The notes: generated by a model from the sequence alone, not told the origin. DNA of 64,000 nt from Octopus vulgaris (GCA_951406725.2 OX597832.1:9858001-9922000), one strand, 5' to 3'; shown: positions 14,972 to 33,601, numbered from the stretch's first letter. Numbers and translations: made by a program.

Positions 14972-15654
14972 ACCTACTACAAGATTTGTTCATAACACAG
15001 GATACATAGGTGTATGGGGCCTTCCAGGACTGGGGCTTTTTAAACTTCACATTAGGCTATCACATAAAAAGTTACAACGAACCGGTGAATGGACCAAATG
15101 TGCAACATCATGTTTATAGAAACCAACAATCATTATTTCCTGATGCGTGGTAAAGTGTTTGATAACAATCCCAAATAATAAACCATAAAACTTACGCAGA
15201 ACAGTGGGAATCTAATCGATAGAGTATTGTTCAGTCCTTGAACAATCACATCGTATACATTGTATATATAGATTTTTAAAAGCGCTATTCCCTTTGAAAT
15301 TCATGATGACTCCCAAGTTACATAACATATATTAGCCGTTGACAATTGAAACGTTTTTCTAGATTTTGAACAGTTAATCCCTGCCATATGACTACCACGT
15401 CGTATACATTGTGATAAATGGGGACATTTTAAACTCGTCCATGTTATGTTACCACCCGCGAAATATATGTACGTTGCCCTTTCAAATTCCTTCTCAGCTG
15501 TGGCAACTTCTGTAAACAAGGGTACCTGTCATCTTCTCTCGATTGTTATTTAAATTTTCAGTGATATACTCTGGTCAGTGACATTGATTTGTCACCTGTT
15601 ACTGAAATTGCATACAAATATGCTATACTGTTGCCCTTAACGTTGAAACCGTTA

Positions 15655-18995
<3,341 letters not shown>

Positions 18996-18996
18996 C

Positions 18997-19029
<33 letters not shown>

Positions 19030-19108
19030 CAGTAGTAGTAGTAGTAGTAGTAGTACTACAGCAACTGTAGTATTGGTAGTAGTAATAGCAGCAGAAGCAG
19101 AAGCATTT

Positions 19109-19156
<48 letters not shown>

Positions 19157-19310
19157 ACATGAAGATGGAGGCGGAATGGAGGATATAAGAGCAATAGGAG
19201 CGGAGGATGAGAGGAAGAAGAAGAAGAAGAAGAAGAAGAAGAAGAAGAAGAAGAAGAAGAAGAAGAAGAAGAAGAAGAAGAAGAAGATAAAAAAAGAAGA
19301 AGAAGAAGAT
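18996..19310. repeat. Compound microsatellite (ATT)(AGT)(GAA)
   Basis: Direct observation. Confidence 0.95.
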
Positions 19311-19319
19311 AGGGAATAA

Positions 19320-19715
19320 GGAAACTAGGAAACTATTAAGATCATGCCGAAGAAAATCACTACTATAGAGAAGACGCAGACAGAATATATGAACCCCGCT
19401 CGGACGGAGTTGAGGTCTGACATAGATAAAGAAACAATATAAAATAACAACTGTGGAACGGATGAAAAATATCTAGAAACCAAGACTGAACGACTATTAC
19501 ATGTAATAAAGCAACGGGTAAAAGAGAAAGACTATCAAAACACAAGAGGAAACAAAATGAAACGGAGACGAATTACACTGAAACTATTAATGCAGCAGAA
19601 ATTTTGAGAGAAAGTATATTTTTAAAAACTAGCATAAAACAGATCTGCAAAACATAGTAAGTAGTTGATGAGAAAAATTACATCATGGTCAATGATGTGA
19701 CAAAACGGTTGTAAA
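19320..19715 (+). mobile_element. Old R4/Dong relic (post-RT region)
   Basis: EDADRIYEPRSDG, YKITTV and EKLHHGQ-like motifs match SDIERLYI..EGCRG, YKITTIG and EKPLHGK of the 16314-17150 ORF. Confidence 0.5.
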
Positions 19716-19777
19716 CCTAAATAAAAAAGATACTATTATTGAAAAATTTATACATAAAAATTAAAAGCAATATAATA

Positions 19778-19866
19778 GAAACAGTCCGTAACACGAATTG
19801 CAGAATGTGCAACCAATGTGCAATATAATGGAAACAGTCCCTAACACGAATTGCAGAACATGCAAC
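19778..19866. repeat. Short direct duplication
   Basis: GAAACAGTCC(G/C)TAACACGAATTGCAGAA..TGCAAC occurs twice, about 53 bp apart. Confidence 0.85.
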
Positions 19867-19954
19867 GAAATGAGACATTTTATGCGCATCATCTCCGGTG
19901 GCCAAATCTGAATATACATACAAACATGAATGAGTAAGTAGTTATACTATACAG

Positions 19955-20329
19955 CGGGAGGCGCAATGGCCCAGTGGTTAGTGCAGCGGACTCGCGGTCG
20001 CAGGATCGCGGTTTCGATTCCCAGACCGGGCGTTGTGAGTGTTTATTGAGCGAAAACACCTAAAGCTCCGGCAGGGATGGTGGTGATCTCTGCTGTACTC
20101 TTTCGCCACAAATTTTTCTCACTCTTTCTTCCTGTTTCTGTTGTACCTGTATTTCAAAGGGCCGGCCTTGTCACTCTCTGTGTCACGCTGAATATCCCCG
20201 AGAACTACGTTAAGGGTACACGTGTCTGTGGAGTGCTCAACCACTTACACGTTAATTTCACGAGCAGGCTGTTCCGTTGATCGGATCAACCGGAACCCTC
20301 ATCGTCGTAACCGACGGAGCGCTTCTCTA
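19955..20329 (+). mobile_element. tRNA-derived SINE (family C, tail type 2), full length
   Basis: A-box TGGCCCAGTGG and B-box GTTTCGATTCC; target-site duplication ATACTATACAG at 19944-19954 and 20330-20340. Confidence 0.92.
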
Positions 20330-21339
20330 ATACTATACAGGGTGACATGCCGACTCAACAACATGAAAACTATCATCATCATCATCATCTTCATGTTATT
20401 TTTCTACTTCCTTCTATTTCTTTCCATTTCTTGCTTGACTCATACGAAAGAAAAAAATAAACTCGTTGTATATATTCATAAGCCACTAAAATTAACATAC
20501 TAGATAGTACATTTACAAATATGAAATAAAGCAGTGTGAGAAAAACAAATTGCAAATTCTTGACATTGCTATGTCAGTAAATGACCCAGTAAGTCTCAGC
20601 TCTCTAGGAAAACTTCATGGAATGATATTGCTCAAACATAGACAACGCTCTCCTAAATAGTTGTGACATACTAGTTGAAATAATTTTCTGCAGTTGTTAC
20701 GCGGATGACAAGCTAAATAACTTTCAGCTCCATTTTTGATATAGGACCAGGCGGAAGATACCTTAGTGAAATGAAGATTGCGCTGCCATTAAGGAATCTC
20801 AAGGCAACTCGCCGAAGGTATAATTTGAAATGAGGGGTGAAGCTCGGAGTGAAAGAAAAAACGAAATAGAAAAAAAAAACATATATACGAAGAAAGAATA
20901 ATGGGATCGGGGAATTATCTAGATTTGCGAAGAATAAAGAAAAAGAGTGAGGTAGAACGGACATGCTAAGTGAGGACAACCTTCTTGTGAACATTAATCT
21001 GGAGTAGTTTTGCTATGTCAACGGTAAATATATTGTTGCACACAAATATTTACATTTAAACGGAACCGAAAGAACAGAAGTGAGAAGCAGTTTTAGATGT
21101 CAAACATTCAGGAATGAAGAGAAATGTATAGAACAGGTCAAATATTTCGGAGAGAGAGTAAGCCATGCACGTGCATAAAAAGGAACCTGTAAGCCGTTAC
21201 ACAGTATGGAAAAACGTACTTTTTGAACTCAGATTAAGCGCTTTAGAACATTAAACTAAGTGGCCCCAAAACCATCGGCTGTATATATTGCCCAGTTATA
21301 ACGGTTCATAACGGTTTTACAGAAGACATTGCATAACTT

Positions 21340-21512
21340 TGTCGTTACGTTCTCAGTTCAAATTCCGCCGAGGCCAACTTTGCCTTTCATCCATTCGGGG
21401 TCGATAAATAAAATACCGGTTTCGCACCGGGGTCGATCTAATGGACTTAATCACTTTTTCTGTCCTTGTTTTTTCCACTCTATGTTTAGCCCCTTGTGGG
21501 TAGTAAAGAAAT
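21340..21512 (+). mobile_element. SINE family A, 5'-truncated
   Basis: GTTCAAATTCCGCCGAGG..TTTGCCTTTCATCC..GGGGTCGATAAA..CCCCTTGTGGGTAGTAAAGAAAT. Confidence 0.85.
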
Positions 21513-21855
21513 ATATATTGCCCAGTTCTACATTCCCACAACAAATGTTTGACAATATAGTGTACAGTTTCAAACTGGTTTTCATATACAATACGACATT
21601 CCGATAAGCATTTTTCTCTTTTTACTGGTTAAATTTCTTGTGTCTTAGATTTCAAATACCCGATTTATACTAGAATTCATTTAAGTTACCCATACTTATC
21701 ATATCCATGCCAGGAGTAAAAAACAATTATAGACAGGGATGTATTGAAATAAATTAAGAAATTTTTAAATACTACCTTCTGTACGCCCGTCCTGAATTAA
21801 TTATTCAAATCCATGATACTGCTGGTTTTCATTATTTCTCTGCTCTAGTCTGCAC

Positions 21856-21898
<43 letters not shown>

Positions 21899-22543
21899 TG
21901 TGTTTGAGAATATGTGTGTGTGTGTGTGTGTGTGTTTGTGTGTTGTGTATTCCTAGTTGTCAGAATGTCTGTGTATAATTTATTATATATGTTTTTTTTA
22001 TTTATTTATAGCCACGCATATATGAACGTATGAGTGTTTATGCGTCTTTGAATATGTGAGTGTGTGCATAAGTTCACGTTTGTTAGTGTGCATGTATGGT
22101 GTGCATTTGTGTTTCTGACCGTATTGATCTCCCTGGTGCTTCCGTACTTGAAGATAATTAAAAGAAAACTAAAAATGGCCATATTTCATCTGTTTCTTGC
22201 ATGACATTTTCCGTTTCTTCTGCTCTCATCATCTTTGCTTTGAGACAATATGACGTCCACTTTTTTCATCTGATTTCTTTCAAGTTCTATGCTGTCAGAT
22301 AGGATCATTCTGTTATGAAAGATATCTTGCCTTCTGATTATTTTTTTTTTATCATTTTGTGACATGCAATTACGATATATCACATGCCATATAATTTATT
22401 TTATTCTTTTTTGTGAAGGTTTTTTTGTTTTATCGTGAGCAGAATTATTTTTACAATCGCCATCAATATTAAGAATATTTCACTTGCGTCACAGGAATAT
22501 TACTCACAACGTCCATTCGGTCTTTCACCTTAACGTGTTGCAT

Positions 22544-22578
<35 letters not shown>

Positions 22579-22636
22579 TTATATACATATATATATATAT
22601 ATATATATTTATATACATATATATATATATATATAT

Positions 22637-22679
<43 letters not shown>

Positions 22680-23515
22680 CGTACACACACATTTATATAT
22701 CCATATATATATATATGATATATGCTCAAATATATGCATATATCAATTTCTACATATACATATCTAAACATGTATACAGACGTACGCCCGTAGACTCATG
22801 CACAAACACAGACACATACACACGTGTACACACGGTGACACGCGCACAAAGAAACACACTCTTTCACTCACGCGCAAGCACACGTACGCTTGTAAGTATG
22901 CGAATGCGAATAAGACAGAAATCATGAAAAATAGAATTCCCCTTAGTTTTACAGATTATTATATCACTGTCACCAGATCAGTTACGATATATATATATAT
23001 ATAAATGCATAAGATGATATATACATCTCTGCATCTAAATATGGATTTTTATAGCCAGCTGTACATATCTACAATTCCTACCTGAGTAATTCTATTTGGA
23101 CGTTATCTCTTATAGATTATAATACGCCTCACACATTTCAGATTGTACAATGATCTACAAGCATAATCTGAGACCGTATTTATATGGCCCACACCAGGAA
23201 TGTCTTTTATCGTGTTTCTGTTCAACCAGTTCTGGCAAACATCTGAACGGATACAAATAAACGATTCAGTGATTCGGTAAACAATGACAGATATAATCTA
23301 TGCACGTATAATTCCAGTAATTCCAGTTGAATGTGCTAAGCCAACACTTTTTCTTCCTTACCGACTTTATATATATATATTATATATATATATTTATATA
23401 TACATATATATATGTATCCATATATATAAATAAATGTATATGTATACATATATACATATATTTAGATAGATAGATAAATAATGCGAAAGGGAGAGATGTA
23501 TAGAAACATAGATAG

Positions 23516-23551
<36 letters not shown>

Positions 23552-23609
23552 TTTTAAACATATATATGTATATATACATACAAACACACATATATACATG
23601 CATACATAT

Positions 23610-23679
<70 letters not shown>

Positions 23680-23958
23680 ATATTTCGGAATGGTCATATT
23701 GCCAGTTTAGCCAATAAAAACACACGCACTATATATTTGGTGTTATTTTGCTTCAGTGATATTTATTTTTTACATTAATCTTAATCTTATTTCGGCCAAA
23801 GTTCTTTCGTCACACTCCTGTGACCGCATCAGTGGTCCTTTGTTTTCTTCTCACTTACTTGTGTCTCTCCTTACTAACCGTCAGCCATTTTGTATTTCTA
23901 TTGTATGTCTTCATTTGCACATGCTTATATCTCTATGTGCGTCTATGTTTATTTAAAC

Positions 23959-24016
<58 letters not shown>

Positions 24017-24050
24017 ATATACAGATATATATGTATATATGTATACATAC

Positions 24051-24092
<42 letters not shown>

Positions 24093-25327
24093 TTATATAT
24101 ATATATATTTATATATATATACATCATAGATATACATACATATTTATGAATCTTGTGAAAGTTATCATCTCATACCTGAACACTGTTTTTATAGACAAAA
24201 CTAATCAAAGAAAATATCTACCCCAAACATCAAATATCTAAACACAACTCCTTCACGTAACAAATGGGCATCGAATTAAAAACGTTAGAAATAGCTGGTA
24301 AAATTATAGTTACAATACTCTGTACCTTCAGATAGCCAAGCTAACGTGTATACTGAGATGCATATTCCTGGTAATAGAGGGACCAAACTATAGCCATGGA
24401 TATATTCGACCTAGAAATACTTCGATGAGGATTTGGAGATAAACGACGATACGTTTAAGCCAAAAAACGCGTATGTAAGTGAACATTTTTGCTTAACTTG
24501 ACATCGAGTAGGTAACGCTTGATGCGTAAGTGCTTATATACCTTCCTTTTTTATTATCACAGAATGTTTCACCTGTAGAGTAACACCATGCAAGTAAGTA
24601 TGTTGCATTCTGACAAACATCTAACGGTTGATGTAACTGTCACAGCGAAACATTATCCTCAAATGGAACGGGAATTTGGCTTGCATATCAAATTAGTAAT
24701 CGCAGATGCATAACTGGTTTGTGTTGTCGCTAATCCATAATTTTAAGTAATAATTATGGTCACCAACTTTACAAAAATGTCATTATTAATATATCGTTAG
24801 ATATATGTAATTGCTTATATTTAATGAGCAATTGCATTAGTGAAAGATGAATGCATTACTTAAAAAATTAGTCTGTCTTATACAAATTTAATTAACAAGT
24901 TTCACTTGATGGTAAAAGCTTCGCTGTCACCCAGCAGATGTAGACATACATTAAAGTAGATTGAGTAGAATATAATTATTAATGGAATAGTATGATTCGT
25001 TTCTGTTTAGAATGGCATTTACATATTAAAGTATACACACGGTTTTCGCAGCCACAATTCTTCAACGAAGTATCTATAATATCACATATCTTCTGTATGT
25101 ATAATATTGCGTCGAAGAATTATGAATGTACTTTAACATAGCAATGTATGAGATTGTGGAAGTGGAAGAAAACGATAACACATTATTGGGAATTCTTGCA
25201 AAAGCAATAGCAGATAATTTCTAGACGTATATGTTATGAATACGAAAATAAGAGAAAAAACAATATTAAACAAAAAGTCTCATCGACAGTGACATATAAT
25301 CTTATCATCTGATATTGAACAATTTCT

Positions 25328-25409
<82 letters not shown>

Positions 25410-25829
25410 AAGTGAGAGAGGTGTAGTTATATAGATAGGTAAATAAATAGGTTGATAGATAAAGAGAGAGGGACAGGAAGAGAAAGATAGAGACATGATT
25501 TGAAGAACAGTGTTCAGTCACAGCACACTCCAGGAAGTTAAGTGAAGTGACGATTAAATAAATCTAAATTTTGCTCAACTCTCCACTGCGATATATGTAA
25601 ATAAGTATAGTTGGTGAGTTTTTCAGCACTGCAGATTTATATGGGAAAGTAGCAACCATTCATTAGCTCGACATAAATGAAATTAACTTGAACTCACAAA
25701 CTGACCAAAATAGATTTCCGTCTGTTCATTTAATGACGTGGATGGACGCCCTCGCCAATCCACTGCGGGTGTCAAAATAATGAAATATATATAAGACATA
25801 ATAGGCCCCTCCATAACGGGTGAAGCGGT

Positions 25830-26540
25830 GAAGACACTAAATTACAAGCCTATTTATCTGAGTTCGCATATTAGGAAGTTCAGCGAATATGTTGTCAGGA
25901 GGCTGATCACATTTGTGGAAAAAAATAACTTGCTCACAGGCACAACATGACTACAGCATTATGAATTGCTAGTGGATCAGCTTCTCAATCACTCAAATGA
26001 AGATCCGATGTATATCAACTTCTACATAGCCTTTGACGATGTTGAACGTCGGATGATAAGTCAAAACCTATGTGACCTTCGTATCACTGGAAATCTAGGA
26101 GAGTGGTTACGTGATGTGATAAAGGGTGGAATTTATCCCTATGGGGAGATATCAATTATCAGTGGAATCCTTCTAAGAATTGTACTATGACGTCTAGTGC
26201 TCGTAGTGTCTCTTTCAGACATGACTTCATCCATACAGTCGGCCGCAACATCAGTTCTCCTGATGTTACAGAATCACCATATACAATAAATGACCATGAT
26301 AGCACACATAACAGTAAAGCAACCTGAATGCAATTCTCAAACGAAAATAAGATGCTCTTTGATACTGAGAAGTTTCGTGCACTCCACTATCGGCCAAAAA
26401 TCTAAAGACAAAGCAGAATGTAGTGCATTATCAGATTCGGTGTTCGTGCGTGACTTGGCAATTACGCGAGTAACAAGGCAACATTCTATATGCATACTAC
26501 ACACTACCAAGATAGCAACATTTTGCCAAAGAGTACCTTA
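25830..26540 (+). mobile_element. Decayed CR1/L2-type LINE RT relic
   Basis: NYKPI at about 25840, YINFYIAFDDV..GNLGEWL, and VRDLAI (compare VRDLGV). Confidence 0.65.
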
Positions 26541-26614
26541 ATGGATTCTAAGATAATACAGAAAGTGTATACCATCCTACAGCTACGAATACAGAATAAC
26601 AAATCATAATATAA

Positions 26615-26645
<31 letters not shown>

Positions 26646-26864
26646 ATCGGTTAAGTAATTGAGATTCTAGTGAATTCTAAAGAATTCACATGAATATGGT
26701 CCTTAACTAGGATGCACCGGAAATCTATATGGTGTTAACCATACGACAAGTGGGGTGATTACAAATAGGAAAAAAGCAACAAGAATGGATTAAAATCTCG
26801 GTACGATCGTTTCGTACGAGGACATCTTTAATAAGCTACAAAAAATGCAGTGAATACAGATGGC

Positions 26865-26928
<64 letters not shown>

Positions 26929-29347
26929 ACACAAACCCATATGTATGTATATGTATAAATCTACGTATATTAATGTATATATGTAAGAATGTGTGTGCGA
27001 GTATGTATTCGTATGACCATGTGTATGTGCGTGTGTGTGTGTGTGTTTGTGCGTTTGTGTTCATCACTTGATGGCAACAATCTTCTCTTTGGTCGCTTTG
27101 CGCTGATGTTATAAAGAGCAGGGAATGTTAAAGAAAAATATTTTTTTGCTGGGAATTTACGTTTTGTGTGCCTGAATTGTGTAGTGGATGTACGTCATGC
27201 GGTCCCAGCCTTGACTGAACTCTGAATTTGATGTTAGGGTCGTGTGTGCAATACAGCTCGTACATTCTCAACATTTTGCCAATGATGTAACACGGACTGC
27301 GTCGTTGCCCTAGAACATATACAGACCCTTAGTAGCCGGAATAACTGAAGGAAGCGTGGAATATCCTAAGATAGTTGATTCTTCTCCAATGCTGTAAAAA
27401 TTGGAATTGGAAATTGTTTTCGAATTGTTGGAAAGAAATGCTCCTTTCTAAATATCGATAGCAGAGAATATTTTAATAGGAAAATTAACGAGCTGTCATA
27501 TACAACTACACGTACTTATCGCTGCCAGAATAGTTGCCTCAAAGAAGGCTAAAATTTGATGTTCTTATAGGAATACCAATACTTGGTAAATTCAGTAATA
27601 TTCTTTCAGTGGAAAAGTTAAATATATAATTCCAGGAATTATAACTGCTACAAATGATCATAGGTACATTGAAAAATTGAACAATATTTTTTATGTAATT
27701 TCAGGTAACCTAATCGCTGATATTTCTGTTACGATCTATAATAATATATCAAGCAAATAACCTAATAGTTTGATACTAAACAAATTAAACGACATAAGTT
27801 TAGTAGAGGAAGAAAAATAAATTCGTCCACGTAAAACGGAGAATTACTGTAATTGCAGATCTAGAAAAGAATATTCCCATGAAAACTAGTGTGTTACTGA
27901 AATATTAACATTTTAGCTATCACTAGTTGAATAAATTTCCGCTGTGATCTAAGAATATAGGAAACGGATGAACATTTCATGAGGCGCTGGAAGTCTATTA
28001 GCTAATAATCCTTTCTTCTATAAGCACAAGGCCTGCAATTTTCGGGTGGGGATAGTCGATTTCTCAGTTCATTGTACATTTGTGTCTTTCACAAAAACAC
28101 TCATCATTTTGCGACTACTACATTATACTTGGTATCGTTTAAGTTAACATTCAAAAGAACTGATTTTCTTTTCTTGTGCTCTTGTCGGACTGACGCACCC
28201 GCACACTGATCCAAGTTTCCGAACTATACATTTTCTTCAAACAATCTATGCAATAATTAGAATCACTTCACATAGTTATGTTCCATTTTCATTGTTATTG
28301 TATTTATATTTATTTGTGTTTTTTTTCCTTTGACTTCATGTCTATTTCTATTTCTTATTTAACATGGAGGTTAATTATAATTTATACGTACGTTGCTAAG
28401 AATGTGTACATCTAGAAGAGGAGAGCCGTCTTGCATGGATTCCGCAGTTGACAAATGAAGTGATTTCAGCCCTACAGAGCTTCTTCATTGCCATGTGTCC
28501 GTTTGCCGCATACCAACGAAATCATACTCGCACCGATATAAGCATAAAATTGCTTTCTCGGCCACTGATGTCGTAAACTGCCATCGGTTCTACTGAAAAA
28601 TAAATATTTGCGAAGGAGGAAATATGAGTACCGAATGGCAAATTACACATACTACTTAACGTATTATGCACTCTAAGGGCGCCGAATACTGTGGATACTT
28701 CTTTAGAGATTCTTTCCTGTATATGAACAGAGTGAAGAATAGAGACATATTATTAGCAGACGAAAACTGTCTGGCATCGACGCTGGAACTGCCAAATCAT
28801 GTAATTTTATCCTACAACGCTATGTCAATGACAGATACCCTCTCACCGACGAATTATCACTATTCAACTTTTCTCGGAGAGCAGTAACCTTTCAGTCAAT
28901 GATGTAGTAAATGGCGAATAGACCTATTAAATACATAGCGTTACTGTATTCACTAAAATTTCGATTATTTCTATATATATAAATTTTTTGACATCTAAGT
29001 ATTTGCAATTTTTCATCGTTTCTCTCTGATACTTCTTACTATACATAATAAAATTTTTCCATATTATGCTTAGAATAATAACTTCATATTAGTCATTCCG
29101 AGTCCTGATTATTTTTTTGCTCACTACCTTGAGTATAAATTACTATATATGAGCGATTGTATATGTATGTGTCTGTGTTGCTACTATTGTAGGATTACGA
29201 GTTAAACTATTCATATAAATTAATATCACCAAATTGGGTATGAATATGATCGAATTCTTCAATTATTAATATTATTACCGTTAAGACTGTGGTATATAAT
29301 TAATATTCTGTTATTATTATCATCATCATGATTATTATTATTATTAA

Positions 29348-32300
29348 ATAGTCTTATAAAAATAAGATTATATCCGAGCTTTCGCTGGAATACCGATTGC
29401 AACTTTTTTCTGCCTTGGGTATGTGCTGTGCTTTGTTGTGATATTCTTATTTTTACTGTATTGAAAGTGTTTTACGTAGGATGTTTGCGGAGATTAGTAG
29501 TGCTATCTTGTGTATGTTATATATAATTGTTAGTCCTGGTGTTTTGTTATGTATTTGTCTGAATATATCTTAATCAAAACTATTGCGTTTACTATGATAG
29601 GAATTGTTTCTGTTTTTAGACTCCACATTCGAATTACCTCTATTTCCATTTTTTTTTAATTTTGAAAGTTGATCCGTTTTTTTTTTATTTTAGAGAATCA
29701 TTGTCATCTGTTGGTATTGATACATCGATTAGAAAGCTTTTTCTCGTGGATACCTCTGACATCTCTATCCGACATATTGGCTTAATTTCTCCAATTTGTA
29801 TATTGGCGAACCCCAAAGTATGCTTGCTGTCTCATTTTCTTTGATCTTTTCTGGCGTGTGTCTATACTATCTGTTTTCTGTTGTTATTCAATAGTGTTGT
29901 CATAGCTTCCGTATGTAGGTCCCAACTCTGTCGTGCTTGTGAATATATTCCGTCTAAGCTAGGAATGGGCAGACAGAAGAAATATAATTTAGTGTTTTGT
30001 TTCCATCTTTACATATTCTGCTGTTATCTGTATTTCTTTTCGTTACATAATTTTGGTAATTTCTAGTGGTAAGGCCTTCGTCTTGTGCTGCAGTTAAAAG
30101 TCCTTTATTCTCTGCTTTGTATCCTGTTGGGATTTTGCTTTGCCTATTTCTTTTCCGCTTAGTTTAAACCAGTATTAAACATGTAGGGACTGTTCTTGCC
30201 ATATTTTTATCATTATCCGTTGCTGTTCCAGTTTTAATTTCGGTTTTAGTTGTTTTACGGGTTTTGTTGTTTCTTCTTGTTCTTCATAGTTGTCAGGTAC
30301 TATGAAGTCATTGTTTTGTATTTGTCAGCTTCCTTAACGACTGAACATAGTTGTTTTGTTTGCTCGTGTTTTCTGGTTATCTGTATTAGTTTTCCTTGCT
30401 TCAGGAGTAGATATTTCTGTAGTCCTTTGGTAGTTAATTTGTAATTGTTTTCTAGATGTATAAAGCCTCAAACACCTTCGAGACTTTGTATATATAACAT
30501 TTCTATGTTACATTTTGGATGGTGCATTCTAAATCCTATCGTTATTTTTTTTTGTTTTCATATCTATTTTGATTACATTTTTAGTGTCCTATTAAGAATA
30601 TTGTAGTTATACCATATAACTAAGACAGCTAGAATGTCGATACTTATCATTGTGCTTTTCACATTGGGTTCTCTTTTCAGTATAAATTTAACTCGTCTAT
30701 TGTATTCTTTTCTTATCTTCTCTTTCATTTGTGTGTTGTATCGTATCTAGTTCTTTGATTTTTAAGTATTTGTATGTCAGATTTTGGACTAATTATTCCA
30801 TTTTTAATCTACTGTGATGTTGCTACTCTCAACTAGTTTTCTTCTTTTCTTGGTTGCGTTGAAACATTTTTATAAGCCAAATTCCGTGTCTGTTTCTCTG
30901 GTAAATCTATGTAATGTCTGTAGTTATGTTTCCATTTGTTTATCATTTGTAACGTACAGTTTTAGATAATTCGTATACATGTTGTGGCTGATTGTTCTGC
31001 CGTAACAGTTGTATCCACATCCAGTCCTGTTTACCATGTCAGATAAAGAAGTCACAGCGAAGCAGAACAGTTGTGGAAAGAGCGTGTCTCCCTGGAATAT
31101 TCCTCTTCTATTGGGGATGGCGTTTGTTTTCATCAGTCCCTCTTTTGTCTGTAGCTGTAGTATTGGCTTCCATTTATTCATGGAATGTTTATATATCTTA
31201 TGATTATTGGTGCTACCTTGTTATGGATAGTGTTTCTAAGATCCATGTGCGGAGAATACTATCAAAAAAATTTTGGTAATCGATCCAAGATTTATTAACA
31301 AGTAGCTGCTGTTCACAGCTGTATGAACCCTTACAGCATAACCATCTGCTCGTCTGGAAACAGACTGTTTTATTCCAAATCTTTGATTTTTTTGCAATTT
31401 TATTGTAGCAAAGGCTTTGTAAATTGAAGGGAGACAGGTTATCGGTCTGTAATTTTGTGGGGTTTCCGCTTTAGTTAATTTGGGAATTTAAATAGTTTGC
31501 CCTTCCGTGAGCCATTCGGGTAGTGTCTCTGTCTCTACCAGTATATTTCAAATTTCTCAGCCAGCATTTTTATGTTCTTGTTAGGTATTTTAATCAGAAG
31601 TTGGGGCTCTTGTCGATCACGGGTGTCTTCCAGTTGCTTAGATTTGCTGTAAATAGGTGACCCCTTCAGTCGTTATACGGCTCGAGGGTCGTTCAGGTGT
31701 TGCGTTCGTTGTTTTGATAGATCTGTGCTTAGGTTGTTCTTCCAACGTCCATGTTTCTTTCCAAAACTATTCCACTTCTGCTGTTGATACTGCATTGGTT
31801 GCTATTTTATTCTTGGGAACATCTTTAGGGGTTGGAGTTTTGTTGAAAGAAACGTTGGTGTTTCCATGCTGGCAGGTTCTTTATGCTTTCGTAAGGGTGC
31901 CTTATTTTAGCCTTTCTTTTACCTCAGGTATGTATTGTTCTGTAATTTTGTATGAGTGTAGTATTTTTCTTCTCTTTGTGTTTTATTAGTAGTGTTGATT
32001 GTCTACTAGTTTCATTGGGGATAGAAGGATCGTTCCTCTTATTCTCCATTTAAGTTTCTTGATATTATTTATCAACTAGTTTGTTTGGGTGGTGATACTC
32101 CTCTTTGGATAAGTTTTAGGGGGTAACTAGTTTCTTTTGTTGCCACAGAGGCGTATGAATAAATTATATTATTTAGCCTGGTCATATTAATACTTGTTTC
32201 TGTGGCTATTAGTTCTGTGACGGACTGGTTTATGTTATTTATATGTTGTTTTATTATCAACTTTATTATCAATTTTAATTTTTGGGAGGTATAATCGGTG

Positions 32301-33365
32301 CTCCATACTTAGCTCTGTGGCTTTGAATTCTTTGACTATGCTTAATTTTAAAGTATCATAATCATTAGTTTCCCTCTCGTATTTCCTTCCGTACATCTTT
32401 TTGTCTATGGTATTCTGGATTGACGCATTTTGCTCATTATTATACAATCCTACTTTCCGGGGTTGTTATTCATTGTTTATTTAGATTTGTTGGACAAGTT
32501 ACGTCTATTTTCGTATTTTACAGTCCCAGTGCTGATACTCTTTGGCGTTGCTGCGTGGTTACTATTTACAATTTCCTGATGTATTTTAAAGTTTCTATTT
32601 CCATTTCTGATAATTTATTTCTGAGAAAATGTGTCTGTCTGTTACCTAGTTTCTTTGGGTTCATTGCTGTATCGAAATCTTTATCTAATTTATATATATG
32701 TGGTTGTGTTTTCCTTCATTGCTTTTGTTTTCGTTAATTGCTGTATATAAATCTTTATCTAGATTATATGCCGTTGCGTTTTCCTTCTGTGGGTAAAACA
32801 CTGCTGTAAAATAAGCGTGTAGGATTGAAATATAATCCTCACGGGTCTGTTTATGCGTTTTTGATTTTATTTACGGGACATGGGGAATAGCGTTGTTTTT
32901 AAGGTTATCATTTTCTTAAGGCACCGTTATGTTTATTTATTGTGTTAAATGGTTTTGCACGTATATTCGTTCGTACTATTGGTGTAACAACTTTAAAATA
33001 CGTACTTCCCGTTTATTATCTTTGGTTTGAATAATATCTACTTTATTTAAGATATTTTGTGCATGGTGGTTGGGAAGGAGATGGTCCTATGTTGATTTGA
33101 TCGTAATCTGGTGAGGGTGTTTACACGTGTTGTGTGCGAGTGATGGAGATGACACAGTTAAAATACAACATTTCATTCGGGAAATAGAAATAGATTTTAA
33201 CGCGTATTACTTGCTAGGTTATAGTCCAACATTTTTTCAGTTATTTTAGACTCCATTTGCTGCCTTTATTCCCGATAGGTTTGGATAAATTTCGAAAGCG
33301 TGTTTTATCGCTTTCACATTTTAATTGTCCCCGGTGTTATCTGTTTTGTCAAACGTCGCTGGTGT
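29348..33365 (-). mobile_element. Near full-length (about 4 kb) but heavily decayed R4/Dong element, related to 15948-18995
   Basis: Colinear similarity including the 3' UTR (TGCCTTGGGTATGTGCTGTG) and RRGIFQGDTL; retains an N-terminal HKQTREDYISILHAYF motif near 32800-32860; ATT tracts on both flanks. Confidence 0.9.
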
Positions 33366-33444
33366 GATCATATTAACATTGTTATTATTGTTGCTTTTGT
33401 TGTTGTTGTTGTTGTTGTTCTTCTTCTTCTTCTTCTTCTTCTTC

Positions 33445-33541
<97 letters not shown>

Positions 33542-33550
33542 TATTATAAA

Positions 33551-33601
<51 letters not shown>

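Noticed and set aside
22186-22383. 65-aa hydrophilic ORF as a possible host exon
   Set aside because: No recognisable domain, partner exons or clear splice signals.
22469-24241. YI-repeat ORFs (also at 35.7, 38.6, 49.3, 56.0 and 62.1 kb)
   Set aside because: (TA)n microsatellite artefacts.
26645-26860. Possible Penelope pLTR hammerhead (GAAACGATCGT on the minus strand)
   Set aside because: No CTGANGA box at a suitable distance.
27070-27970. Possible Penelope RT relic
   Set aside because: Motif similarity is too weak to support by eye.
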